This document shows positions 1-16,423 of a DNA stretch of 64,000 bases, one piece after another. Position numbers and translations under genes: made by a program. The notes beneath the pieces were generated by a model. The model made no database searches. It had not been told where the DNA came from and saw only the letters and a list, made by a program, of their open reading frames with translations. Every line of letters starts with the position of its first letter. The stretch's first letter is position 1. Origin of the DNA: Amoebidium appalachense (lineage: Eukaryota > Protista > Ichthyosporea); contig CAVNZM010000011.1 in the NCBI GenBank assembly GCA_963693365.1, positions 1,488,001 through 1,552,000 on the forward strand. Reading direction: 5' to 3'.

Positions 1-257
1 CTGTTTGCCATCCACCCACAGCCCTTGGTCTCACATTGAAACCTGTGTACCTTTTAACACTCGCACAAAAAAGCGTGCACATGCTGGAAGCCCTTTTACA
101 TACAGATTCTCCCCTCCCCCCAGCCCCCCCCCCCCCCCCCCCTTTCCTTCCCCCCTCCCCCCCCCCCCCCCCTTCCCCTCCCCCCCCCCAAAAAAAAAGG
201 AAACACTGGATTTCTAATCCCCCCCCCCCCCCCCCCCCGGCCCAAAAAAAAAAAAAG

Positions 258-875
258 ACGGTCAAGGCAAACATCAAGTATCCTGTGAAGGCGCTTAGCT
301 GGGCCTGGATCTATCACCAATCAAAAAGTGTGGCTGAACTCGCCGATCTGGTTACAAGTATGAAAACCCCTTTCATCCCGTCCCTTTCAATTCTCATACC
401 CTTATCCCAAACCCCCTCCCCCCTCCCCCCTCCCCCCCCCCCTTCCCCCCCTCCCCCTTCCCCTCCCCCCTCCCCCTTCCCCTCCCCTCTCCCCCGGCCC
501 CTCCCCCTCCTCCCCCTCCCCCCTAAATGCTTGGCCAATACGAGATCAAACAAAAATGTATTGAATGGAAAGGAGTATATCGAAACCAAGGCGTTGGGAA
601 TTTATGAAGAATAACCCCCCCGCCTCCTTCCCTCCCGTGCTCACTGTGCATCTTGCCCTCATCCTAAATTGAAAGATTATTGAAAGTCAATGAGCGAACC
701 CCACATAAAGAGCCTGCAAAGATTCTATCACTCCACCTGGGGTTCCCGTAGCTGACAAACAAGAAAAATACTGCAAATCCATACACACATACACACAGCA
801 ACATATGTGCACACACCCAGACACGTCGCACGTGCACACAATGTGGCACACAAACACACTCACCCAACATGGCAG

Positions 876-934
<59 letters not shown>

Positions 935-972
935 GAGAGAGAGAGCGAGCGCGCGACACACACACAAGCCCA

Positions 973-1046
<74 letters not shown>

Positions 1047-1080
1047 TCCCCCCACCTTTATCCCCGCCCCCCCCCCCCCC

Positions 1081-1112
<32 letters not shown>

Positions 1113-1426
1113 AAAAGTCGCACACACAAAAACACCTTAACAAGCACCCGTATTACACTGTTTAGCATGACTACTGTTTCTGATTTTATCTAACCGATCC
1201 GATTTTGGGGTCTGATGAGAGCAGGTGGGAGATTTACCGACGACGACTATCTCAAGCAGAATGGATATATCGTGCATCGCAAAATTGTGGGGGATCTGCC
1301 CGTTGGCAAGATGAAGCTGGTGTCCCCCCCACGGTCATTCTCACAGGTGGGTACGCGGCGCCTTATACTAGTGTGTAGTGTGTGTGTGCCTTTGTATGCA
1401 ATGAATACTTCCACATCTCTATCTCT

Positions 1427-1467
<41 letters not shown>

Positions 1468-1811
1468 GGGAGAGAGGGAGAGTGAGAAGGGGGGGCGGGG
1501 GAGGGGGGGGAGGGGGGAGGGGTGCTGTTGGAGTGCTTTCGAAATGAGAAGACCCAGAGCAGCTGTTTTCCTTTTTTCCTTTTTTTTTTGCTTTTCTGCC
1601 CCTTTTTTTGTCTTCTTTGACTTTCTTTCTCTCTTCCTTTTTGGCGGGTGTGTGTAGGTGTGTGTGCGCGTGCAGGTGTGTGTGTGTGTGTGCGTGCGTG
1701 CGTGCTTTCGTGCGTGCGTTCGTGCGTGCGTGCGTGCGTGTGTGTGTGTGCGCGCGCGTGCGCGCGCGAGCGCGCGCGCACGTCCGTGCGTGCGCGTGTG
1801 TGTGTGGGGGG

Positions 1812-1848
<37 letters not shown>

Positions 1849-2784
1849 GGAGGTTTCAAGGTGGTTAGCTTTGTCTTCCTATTCACTCAGGGCACCGCAT
1901 TCTAACCCCCCCCCCTCCCCCCCTCCCCCCCACACCCACCCACCCACCCACCCACCCCGCCCCCCGCACCCCATCCCGACCCCCACACCTCCCCTCCTTC
2001 CATTCACCTACCGACACCCAACCACCCAACAGCTGAAAAATCTGCCCTCGGGCCAGTTCCTTGAAGTTGCGCTTGTTCACGACAAGAACAAAGTGCACTT
2101 CTGCGACATGACACGTATCTCTAGGCACCAGGGTGGGGGGGAGACGGGCGGGAAGGCACATGTTGTATTGGTGAATACTCCAAGCGGCGGCATGGGGTAT
2201 GTTTGGAATTCTGTGGCCGCGGTGTTTTTTTTTTTTTGGGGGGGGGGGGGGGGAGAGGGGGGAGGGGGTGGGAAAGGGGGGTGAGGTGGAGGGGTGTGTG
2301 TGTGGGGGGGGGGAGGGGGGGGGAGCTTGTTGAGAGGGAGGGGGAGGAGAAGTGGAGGGGGTGCAAAGCAAGAAAAAAACAGAGAAACCATTGTTTTCTT
2401 GTGTGTGTGTGTGGGGGGGGGGGGGGGGGGGAGGGGGGGGGGGACATTGATTTGGAAGGAGGGGAACGGGGGTCATTGTGGCAATGTGCTGGTGTGTGTT
2501 TGTGGGTGGAAGCTGGGCACGGTGCTGTCTAATGAGGGGGAGGTTGTGGTGTATGGAATAAAGTGAAATATGAGGCTAAGGAATGATGGACAGGGGTGCA
2601 AGGGGGAAATGTGTGTCTGGAAGGGGGGAAAGGTGGAGGGCGGAGTGGGGAAAGTGGGGGGGGGGGGGAGGGGGTTGGGGGGGGGGGGGGGGAGGGGAAT
2701 AACCGGGGACAGGAAGTGGATGGCTTAAGGTTTGGGACAGAAAGAATTAGCCTCGATCCGGCATACTTGCATGCCAGTAACACG

Positions 2785-2818
<34 letters not shown>

Positions 2819-2859
2819 CAACCAGCCAACCCATACACCACCACCACACACGCGCGCAC

Positions 2860-2895
<36 letters not shown>

Positions 2896-3277
2896 GCACA
2901 CACACAAGCACACACGCATACACACCCCCCCCCCCCCACACACACACCCATACACACACACACATACACGCACACACATACGCAAACACACACACACACA
3001 CACACACACAAAAAAAAAAAAACCTCGACCTTTCGCTATCACAGAGAAGCCAAGGCCACAATCGCTCCGAGTGATCCCATATTTGGCGAGATCTTGCGGT
3101 AACTCACCCTCTCCCCCCAGCACATTCTATCCGCCCCCCCTCCCCCCCCCCCCCCCCCCCCTGCCCCCTGCCCCCCCTCCCCCTCCCCACCTTCCTCCCC
3201 CTCCCCTCGGTCCCCGTCTGCCCCAGCACTCATCAACTCCCATATCCTACCCCCTCTTACCCCCATTCTACCAACAC

Positions 3278-3329
<52 letters not shown>

Positions 3330-3375
3330 ACTCACACACTCACTCACACACACACACACACACACACATACACAG

Positions 3376-3433
<58 letters not shown>

Positions 3434-3920
3434 ACACACCGACACACACACACACGCATGGTCGCGTGCACGCTCGCAGTCACACGAAGACCACCACCAC
3501 ACATGCATCAGCCACACTGCACACACGGGGAACCCGTTGATAGCTGTCAGCAGGCCTTTGCCCTCATGTGCACATCCGCATGCACAAATCACCCACACAT
3601 GCACACACCGGCTAGCCCTTACATGCAAACGCTCACCTGCACACGCACATCCAAATTGGACGTTCACATGCGTGCAGTCCTGTACCTACCTCTACTGTCC
3701 CTATGTTGATACTCGACCGGCTATTATACCTCCTGGCATATGAGACGACTCACTGCCCGCTTCTTGCCCCCATGCCAAGAAGCACTCGTTACCAGGCCAT
3801 GCATGCCTCTCCCCCCCCCCCCCCTCCCCCCCCCCCCCCCCCCCCCCCCCCTTGGGCGCAAAAAAAAGGAAAGGAAAAAAAAAGAAAAAGAAGAAGGAAA
3901 TAAAAACAGGTTTGCGCACA

Positions 3921-3958
<38 letters not shown>

Positions 3959-3963
3959 GCACG

Positions 3964-4029
<66 letters not shown>

Positions 4030-4117
4030 CTCGCGCGTGCGCGCACGCCCACCCACCCACACACCCACAGAGAGAGAGAGGGGGGGGGGGAGCGAGAGAG
4101 GGAGGGAGAGAGAGAGT

Positions 4118-4181
<64 letters not shown>

Positions 4182-4645
4182 GTCGCACACACGCAGACGC
4201 AGACACCCCACTCCCGCCCTCCCCCCCCACCCACACACACACAAGCACACACACACACAAAAAAATAAAAAGAAAGAAAAGAAAAAGAAAAAGAAAAAGT
4301 AAAAGAAAAACCTAGATGTGAAAGGGGTTCCGTGCCCCTCCGCTCAATGCCATGCACGCACCCTTGCAGACACACATATGGGCAACTATACTCATCACCA
4401 TCTTCTTTTTGCCCCACAGACGACACAAGAAGCCCAGCCCAACACCCCCTGCCCCCGCCTCTCCCTCACCCATCAGTTCTGCAAGCCACCCAGCCGGCAA
4501 TAGCATCCAATCAACTGTGGCCGATAAAACTGTCGACCAATCAAAGACACCTACACATGATGATAAATATGTGAAAACCCTTCAGGTGTTGGTGGTGGTT
4601 GAGTTCGTGGTGATATTGTTGTTTCTATTGGTCATAATGTACCAG
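258..4645 (+). CDS. Partial multi-exon gene, uncharacterised protein with a C-terminal transmembrane helix (exon structure only partly resolved)
   Basis: Coding-like islands between low-complexity introns: 258-357 ([19 protein letters not shown]..., GT donor), ~1215-1346 ([36 protein letters not shown]...SQ|gt) joining in phase to 2033-2196 ([25 protein letters not shown]...), ~3023-3098, and ~4504-4645 (...[24 protein letters not shown]|gtaaat, hydrophobic TM). A possible terminal exon lies at ~7337-7381. Not all junctions are phase-consistent. Confidence 0.4.
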
Positions 4646-4851
4646 GTAAATTCTGCCTCCCCCCCCCCCTCCCCCCCCCCCCCCCCCCCCTCTCTCCCTC
4701 TCCCCTTCCCCTCCCTCCCCTGCCCCCTCTCCCTCCCCCCTCTCCCTCCCCCCTCTTCCTCGAGGACCCTCCATCCCCCCCCCCCCCCCCCCCCTCCCTC
4801 CCCCCCCTCCCCCCCCCCTCCCCCCCCCCCCCACACACACACACTCTTTAC

Positions 4852-5088
4852 CTGCGCCATCAGCACCTTCCTCCAACACAATCCCCCCCACCCCTCACCT
4901 TGCCCGTCGGCCAGCCCCTTCACAAATGTTTGAATTTTTTTTGTGAGAATTGACCCTCCAATAGAGACTCTGCGCCATCAGCACCTTCCTCCAACACAAT
5001 CCCCCCCACCCCTCACCTTGCCCGTCGGCCAGCCCCTTCACAAATGTCTGAATTTTTTGTGAGAATTGACCCTCCAATAGAAACTCTG
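4852..5088. repeat. Tandem duplication of a ~118-bp unit (2 copies)
   Basis: ctgcgccatcagcaccttcctccaacacaat...gagaattgaccctccaatagaRactct occurs twice back-to-back with few differences. Confidence 0.9.
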
Positions 5089-7053
5089 TTCATTGCCGTT
5101 CTACGCTCCGATAGCAATGCACCTGTGTGTATGTGTTTGTATCTGGAGCTGTGGATGGCCACATAGCTCATGATTTCCTTACTGCACGTGCTCTGGACTG
5201 ACAGAACCATTGCTGCTCACACAGGGGGGGCAAACGGACACCATGCAGGTCGCAGGGGTCCCAAAGGTTGAGCTTTGATTGCCTCAGCCCATATATGGTT
5301 ATACGGGGGGCCAATCAAACCAAAGCCCTGTTTGTTTTTTGTAGTCCACTGCTCAAAGAAACGTGCGAACGCTAGTTAACACCTCTTTCTTTGAGATGCA
5401 GAGAATTTATTACTGAGCCTCGGATTTTTCCTGCAGCAAGTTAGGGAACTTTATTTATTCAACCAGAACATTGAAATTTCCACTTCGAGCAAAAGAGCCT
5501 AAATGAGTGTACAGACTATATATTAACTAAAAAGAAAGGTTCGGGGCTTACTTAGGAATCATGAGAAAGTTTTCAGATTCAATATTCAAGAATGATTTAA
5601 CATCGATTGCAATATTGCGGCTTTCCGGCCAGGATATTTTTATTATGATCATTTTTCATCAGAGCCCAGTTGGTGTTTCCCCCTCAAATTGGGATATCAT
5701 AAGCGAGACGCCGTTGGCATGTATTAGTAAGTAACAGCCCCTAAGAGGAGGAGGCGCGGGGGGAAGGGGGGGGGGATGGGGGGGGGGGGGGGGGGGAGGT
5801 GAAAGAGGCTGAGTAAACGCCCGGAGATACTAAGGGCTGTAAGCTACAACAGCCTGATAGATTTTCTCCCCAGACCTCCCCGTGTATCATAATAAATCTA
5901 GTGTCCGGATAAAGGCAATCAGACAACAGACAGTTACAATGGCAATTGTCCGTAAGGGACTTAACTGGCGGTCTCTTTAATTTCAATCTTCCCAAGTTGG
6001 GGTGGGGTGGGGGTGGGTGGCCCACCGAGGATGCCCGGACCATGATACAGCCCCGTATCTCGTGTCATATGTACCCGACCAGAAAAGGGCAGCAGCTCCA
6101 ACCTTGGATGTTGCAGATGGCTACATACGGCTGATATTCCTACTATTCCTACTTTCTTTTTTGAGTTTATACATAACACGATGTGATGGTCACCTGCTGC
6201 TGCTGCCTAAGATGGTCCGCTGCTGCTGCTGCCTAATCAGCCGCCTGCAACAACAAGGTTCAGCTGTGTTGTTGTTCGTTCGGGTCGGGTATGTGTGACA
6301 CACGGACTGGCTTCCAGCTGCCGGGAGATTATTAGATCCCCAATCAAAAACAGCTTAGCCAGTTACATTGCTTTTTGTCACGGCCCTCTTTTTTTCAGAG
6401 GGCCGTGTTTTTGTCCCACAATCAAATCGCCAATGAGCGGGGATAAAGAGGGCATCAGGGCCGTCAGGGCCGCATTCAAGCGCCGGCGTCAAGACAGGTG
6501 TGGTCTGAGGCGGGGGTCATGGTAGAGGCATAGGGTTACAGTCCTGCAAGCTCTCCTACACACTGTTTACAGTGCTTATAGGGGGAAGTGCTTGGGTCAA
6601 GGTGCCCTATGGGTGCCCGCCTCTTCAAGGCTGTGGGCCCCCCCTCAAGCCTCCAAGAAGTCCACCCCTGCGGCCACGGCGTCGTTCGAGGGACACCGTT
6701 GTCGGTCGCGGCAAGGGGGCTTCTTCTTCTATTTTAGAGTGTTTGACTGTCGATGGTCGGTGCCTGGCTACCGTGTGTATGTATGTATTTATATATGATG
6801 TATGTTGTGAAACTTCCCCTGCTCAGTCAGGTTTTCTGCCAAAGCACACGAGCTTGCGCTTGTTTCTGTAAATTTACGTTTCTGGTGGCTCCCCTCGGAC
6901 CGTCTGCTCCTCAGAGGCACCTTCCTTTCCTTTTTTGAATATGGAATGCGTTGTCGTTCGTGCACAGAAAAATCCCCCCCCTTCCCCCCCCCCCCCCCCC
7001 CCCCTCTCCCCCCCCCTCCTCCCCCGGGGCACACACACAACGTGTACACACAC

Positions 7054-7112
<59 letters not shown>

Positions 7113-7114
<2 letters not shown>

Positions 7115-8090
7115 GGTTTACGCTGTTTACTCGAGGCTAATTAGCTATTATAAGAGGAGAACACACAAACAAACAGGTGCACACGCTTACAACACACACA
7201 CGCACGCACACAGTCTCTCACACCCAACCCACACACAAAGTAATGCGTGCAGCAACACGCCTTCGTACTACATTAGAGTACGCGTACGCAGGCAGATGCA
7301 TGCACAAAATTTCGACTGACCCTCACACGTGTGCAGTTGTCAAGGAGCTCGAGCGATCGAGGAGAAAAAGGATGCAGGTGAGAGAGACATCCACACGGAC
7401 AAGAAGACTGCTGAAAAATGATTGGCTCCCGGTCACATGAGGTGTGTGTGCATTTGCTACCCCCTCCCTCCGGGACCCGGGCCCCCTCTTTCCTTCTTCC
7501 CCTCTCTCTCTCTCTCCCCCCCCCCCCCTCCCCCCTTTCTCCTCCCCCCAACCTTCCCCGATTTTAACCCCCTCCCCCCACCTCAGGATCAGTCCAACTT
7601 CCCCCCCCCCCCCCCCCCCGTCATCCTGTCCAACACACCAGCTCTCCACTTTCTCAACTCCAAACATGACCACATGTACATGCGGAGGGTGATTGACCTT
7701 CCTTTGCAGTGGCAGTGGCATCCGCTCTGCCCAGTGACCAGGACACGGGGAGGCACAGCGTACCCACCTCTCTGGTTTCTGGGACTTCTTTGCCAAATTT
7801 GGCTAGCCAGTATGGGTTCACTCGATCAGAGCTGTTCTGCAGGTCCCCCCCTCCCCCCCTCCCCCCCCCCCCTCCCCCCCTCCTCCTGGCGCCCCCCACA
7901 CACTCAAAAGTCGCAAACACACACGCATACACACACATTTCGCAAGCGCGCCCACGCGCGCGCGCACACACACACACACACGCGCACACAGCTGACACAC
8001 ACATGTACACACACACAGCCACACACACGCCCGCACTTTCTCTATCCACACACACAAATAAGCGTGGGGTTTACGCTGTTTACTCGAGGC
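7113..8090 (+). repeat. 25-bp identical direct repeat (7113-7137 and 8066-8090)
   Basis: GGGGTTTACGCTGTTTACTCGAGGC occurs at both positions, each preceded by CA-rich sequence. Confidence 0.85.
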
Positions 8091-8259
8091 AAAGAGAACC
8101 AGTCTCAGGTATGGGGGGGGGGTTTTGCTCGGAATATCCCCTCAGCGGTATATCATGATCACGTACATAGATGTCGGGTGGTGACTATATATCAGGGTTT
8201 ACTTTCTCTACGAGACACCATAAAGACTACAAGGAGAAATCAATTAGTTGGGGTTCCCT

Positions 8260-8303
<44 letters not shown>

Positions 8304-8336
8304 GGGGCTCCCCTCGGGACACTCGGTATCAGCTGG

Positions 8337-8389
<53 letters not shown>

Positions 8390-9518
8390 GTGTGTGTGTG
8401 TGCGCGTGCGCTATAATTTTGTAGTGATGTGTTTCTCAAGCCAATCAATACATCTAATAAACAGGTCGTAGTTACGCGTGTTTAGTATAAAATCAAGGAT
8501 GTTGTAATTTACAGGTAGGCTATCTTTCTGGGTGTCTGTTGTGAATGTGACGTGTGTGTGTTGCGGTATTATGTGGTCTATCAAACTACATTTGGCGATA
8601 CATGACCGGTTAAACTGGTGTGTGTGTGTGTTGTTTGGGCATGCAAATGATGCCACCTTATACTTATTAGATCTCCACTGTATAGCACGTGTACAGTAAA
8701 AGCGTGGTAATTGATCAATAATACCATCAGCTAGAGAAAGACCAGTTCTACAGGAAGGTAATATGTATTTAGGTGTTATACACTTGCGAGTGCCATATTT
8801 GGCAATATGGTTGAGGCGGTCAGTATATATAAAACGAGACATAAGGCTTAGTTTTTCAAGGTGTATGCTTTCATCGGGTCTAGTGTCGTGTGGTATCTTT
8901 TTCCATTTGTTATATTGCGTGATTATCTTGTGATTGTGTACATGTTTAACAAGTAAGTGGCAGTCCAAAGTCACACACACACTATTGCGGGGTTTATTTG
9001 TATTTGTGCCCAGGGGAGAAGGGGAGAGAGAGGGGAGGAAAGAGGGGAGAGGTGAGGAGGGGACAGGTCGGATAGAGAAGAGAGGGTGGGAGGGCAAATA
9101 CTTCTTTAAGCGGCTTATGTGCTTATTGAATTTCAGCGCGAGATAGGATACTCTAGCAGCTATTGGGACCAGACCATATATCGAGAGCGTTACAGGCCCA
9201 GGTTTACAACAGTTGTTAGATAGAAAGGAGGCAACTTCTGCTTCAAGGAAATTTGCCAGGGGTGGATTCTATATTAGTTGGCACGCACATGTACAGTCTG
9301 ATTTCTATACCAATTGATGTTTTTCCTTTTTTTATTATTATTGCAACTCTCAAATCATCCTTCTCTCCAAGAAGTACACTGTATCATTTTGCTCCAAACA
9401 GTATGATAGTAAGTCACTGGAACAATCGTGACTTTGAGCCAGCCTCATCTCAACAGATCTCAACTCCATGAGCCACACGAAAACCCACACGAACTCTGCC
9501 AGGCACACAAAGCCGTGC

Positions 9519-9573
9519 TGACATCTGCGACCGATCGATTGACCGCCCGGCCGGGGACTTTTGGCGGACGAAG
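9519..9573 (-). promoter_or_regulatory. Bipartite motif CTTCGTCCGCCAAAAGTC-N25-TCGCAGATGTCA, leftward copy
   Basis: Exact reverse complement of both boxes found at 11570-11587 and 11614-11625. The spacers are unrelated in sequence but nearly equal in length (25 vs 26 nt). Regulatory role is inferred. Confidence 0.5.
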
Positions 9574-10253
9574 CCTTGCCGCGCACCACCAAAAGTACAT
9601 ATGTACACGGCAGGTCCACACACTATACCGTTCAACTTCTTTGCTTCTTAATTTTTTTGTAGACTTTCTCATGACTAGTACTGCGGGTATATTTCTAACA
9701 AGCTAATTACTGTATAAAGTACTTATAGAAGGCTCTTTGTTACACAAAAGCGCCCAGCGGCTTAGCCACCCTACATAGGTCATGAGTTCCAGCCTGTCAG
9801 ACCTAAAAAGCGCCCTGTGCACATGCTCATGCATAATGTCACGGTTGGACCCTTTTTGAGACAATATCATGGGTAGAAAAAGTGGGAGGGAGAAAGAAAG
9901 AGACTTAGAAAGATTGAGAGCGACATACAGAGCGAAGGAAAAAGACAGAGATTTGCAGGCAGGTAGACAAGTCGTAGAGCCCGGAGGTGGAGAAAGGTGA
10001 AAGGAGGGAGGTAGGGATGGAGAGGAGAGAAGGGGCGGGGCGAAACTTTGAAGGAAGAAGAAAGGGAGGGGAGGCGGAAAGGAGGAAAGAACTTAAAAAA
10101 AAAGAAGAAAAAAGGAGACTATGGGGACGGAGAAGTTCTTTTTTTTTTGGGGGGGGGGGGGGGGGGGAGGGGTGGACATCACCACGTATGTTGAATTTGC
10201 AAACTGCAAGTTCTCTATACCGGTACCGTAGATCCTCTTAGTAGTGTCTGTGT

Positions 10254-10402
<149 letters not shown>

Positions 10403-11331
10403 TCTATCTATCTATCTATCTCTCTACTCCCTCCCTTTCGAGTCTCTATATCATCGTCTCCTTTCTGTCTTCTCTCGTTCTCTCTCTCTGTGGGGTTGGG
10501 GCCCCGGGGGGGGGGGGGGGGGGGGGTGGGGGGGGGGGCAGCTAGTAATAGGGATAGAGAGCCTTGCGGACGAGCAGCTGGCTGCTGCACATTCAAACAT
10601 AACATGTTTAGGGGAGTGGAACTGTTCAAGTTGGGCTGGTTGAAGGGGAAGGGAGAGAGCGGGGGGGAGGGGGGGGAGGAGGAGGAGGAGGAGGAGGGGG
10701 GGGGGGGGGGGGGGGTTGCTGGGGGTCCCGAGATCTCAAGTGGAGATGCACAGTGTTGAAGTCTATGTATTGCATGTTACCGCTTGCGGGTTTCATCGGA
10801 GCACAGGCGTGTTTGTGTGCGTACAGTGCAAGGCGGGAAAGCTGACGGTGCCGGTGTAAGGAAAAGGGAGAGGCTGGTAATAGAAAAGGCTCTAAGAAAT
10901 CACAGTGCTGGAAAAGTACATCCTCTTAGAGGACGTAAGGATTCCGCAGGGATGAAGGGGGGGGGGGGGGGGGGGGGGGGAAGCAGGCTGTGCAGCCCCA
11001 GCCTCCTTGGCCACTATTGTGGTCTCCTGCGTTTTCAGCAAAGGCGTTTCTGTCCTCCTTTCTATTTTCCGTTGAACCGTATGATAAAGCCTACGGCTTG
11101 TGTCAAGAAACGAACCAAGCTCGTTATGCTTTAGCCCCTCCACCCAAGTTGCCAAAACCGTGAGGGGAAAAAAAATAAAATAAAAAAAAGTTTAGCAAGG
11201 TTATCCAAGCATTCAGCCTGTGTAGTTTTAAGTTAGCCAAACCTGGCACTGCGGTACAGTGACGAAAGTTTGACCCGTGAGAAGGTAGCTGTGCCTTTGT
11301 CGTGCTCGAGATCTCTGGGCAAACACAAACT

Positions 11332-11374
<43 letters not shown>

Positions 11375-11554
11375 TCCCCACCCGGCTTGTTTTGTTACAT
11401 CCTTAGGCTTCACATACAGAAAATGCAGGAGCAAAGCACGTAACTTAGACCGTTAACAAAAAGATGGGGAACGGTAGGGGTAATGATCATGATATCCTCC
11501 CGGTACTACGCGCGCATATCGTATGTAGGGCCGCCGCGCGCTGTGAATGCGGAT

Positions 11555-11625
11555 CCCCCGCCAAAAGTCCTTCGTCCGCCAAAAGTCGGTGACGTCACCC
11601 TGGTCGTCACCATTCGCAGATGTCA
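11555..11625 (+). promoter_or_regulatory. Putative promoter of the DUF1857-like gene: duplicated CCGCCAAAAGTC box plus TCGCAGATGTCA box
   Basis: Two CCGCCAAAAGTC copies (E2F-like TTTTGGCGG on the - strand), a palindrome GGTGACGTCACC (CRE-like) and TCGCAGATGTCA ~100 bp upstream of ATG 11722. Confidence 0.5.
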
Positions 11626-11721
11626 ATATCATCAGCTAAGCAAAGCAAAGCACACCAACACGTCGACGTCAGAGCTTCAGAGTACTCGGCACCATATGCA
11701 TAGCCAACCCATTACCCAACC

Positions 11722-14016
<2,295 letters not shown>

Positions 14017-15173
14017 AAATAACGGGAAATGAATTGGGAAAATGATTGAACAAGGGGGAGTAAGGGCTTGCAGGCTTACTGTAGCGTGGTTATGGTAGGC
14101 GTATATGAACTGGTGGAAGAATGGACTGTGATTTTCACTGATACGCAGGTGTGTAACTCTGGCCGATAGTTGTAGAATAGATTATATGTGTGCGTTGTGT
14201 ATGATAGTTTTCGGTAGGCAAGTGCCGAATCGGAAGACATAAAACAAACCTCATGTGGAGGTGCAGTGTATGTAAAGCAAGAGCTTGTTATACAGTGCGG
14301 GCAAGAAACAAATATGCGGCTTCAGGTCACGGGGCCTTTTCTTTTTCTTTTCTTTTCTTTTTTTTATTTATTTATAAAAAGGCGAGTGGTGTTGTTGCGA
14401 AAAGGGGGAGCCAGAGAAGGGAGGTGGGGAGTGGGAGTGGGTGGGTGGGTGGGTGGAAGGATGGTGGGGAGCGAGAAGGAGTGCGAGGTGTGTATTTGTG
14501 AGGAGGGGAGAGGGAGGGTGTGTGTGTGTGTGTGTGCGTGGGTGGGAGGGGGAGGGGGGGGGGGGGGAGGGGGGGGAGAAGAATGGGCAAAATGTGTATC
14601 CTTGCATGCACCCGTGTGCTCATGTCTGATATGTACGTCGTCTTGGAACATATGTATGTCACCAATGGAGCATTCGTCGTGTCACTCATGGTATGGATAC
14701 ATTCTGGATATATTTAACGCATAATACGTTGCGACGTGACACTCAATACATATGCACACGACCACGTAACAACCTGAACCTGAACAACCATGTGTGTGTT
14801 GCTACCATATTCGGTAGTTCGTTTGCTGGCAATTACACATTATCCCATGTTAAAATCTACTGAATATCAAAAGGTTTGATAGTTTATATGCACTTACATG
14901 ACTCTTACATGGCTAACAATATAGTAATTGTTGACTCCCGTCATGCATAAAGGTTTTAAAGTCATACGGCTGAATCTTCGTATTTGGTATATCTCGTTGG
15001 ATATCCCGTGAAGCTACTGTATCTAAGCGACCATCTCCTTGTGTCTGCGGCAATTGTAACCTACATGCATTCTTATCCCTGTCTGACGCCCCGATCTAAA
15101 AAAACAAACACAAAAAAACAAACAAACAAAACAAACAAACAAACAATTTTTTTGGAAGTGTGTCCTGAGCCCG

Positions 15174-15271
15174 TCACTCTGTTAAGGTTGGCTGGCTGCA
15201 GTGTTGGCGGTGGACAGGCCAGGCCTTGCGCTGGCACTCGACAGAGCAGTAGCACACCTGTGTGTGTGTAT

Positions 15272-15321
<50 letters not shown>

Positions 15322-15476
15322 ATGCGTGTGTGTGTGTGTGCACGTGTGCATCTGTGAATCTGCGTGATGTGTGTGTGCCGCGTGCGCGCACGTGTGAATG
15401 TTGGTGGTAGTGGTGGTGGTGGTGGTGGTGTGTGTGTGTGTGTGTATGTGTGTGTGGTGATGGTGGTGGAGATGGT

Positions 15477-15540
<64 letters not shown>

Positions 15541-15574
15541 GGGTGTGTGGGCATAGGGATAGCATTATCAGCAT

Positions 15575-15616
<42 letters not shown>

Positions 15617-15799
15617 TGGGCGCGTGGGCATAGGGATAACATTAGCAGCATGCCACTTTGTGCAATTGTGTATGTTTTTGTGTGATGCATCGAGTGAAAG
15701 CTTGCCTGCTCAAGCAACCTCCATGCCGGCATCGACACCAGCTCACTAACGATTATGCACACAAATACGTGCACAAAACACATCAAACACGTTGCCGGA

Positions 15800-15840
<41 letters not shown>

Positions 15841-15856
15841 ACACACTCCGCAACCT

Positions 15857-15887
<31 letters not shown>

Positions 15888-16234
15888 CCCCCTCCCCCCC
15901 TTTCCTTCCGTGCACAAACTGACATCCAAGCACAGTGATACATATATGTATACAGCCAAAATCCACCGGGAAACACGCACGAACAAAATCGAAATACAGG
16001 AAATTTACCGGAAAACAAGCAGATAAAAGCACCCACCCACACACACACGCAGTCACGCAGTCACCCACACACGCTGTGACACACACCGTATGGCACCGTG
16101 CACACATTTTCATCTGTCCCTCTGTCTGCCCACACATCCCACACGATTTTGTTTTGGCCATTGGGGCTATCTCTTCTGCCTGTGGACCTGTTGGGCTGTC
16201 CTGCAACACAGAGCAGATTAGCATTGGGGATATG

Positions 16235-16319
<85 letters not shown>

Positions 16320-16330
16320 GGGGGGGGAGG

Positions 16331-16423
<93 letters not shown>

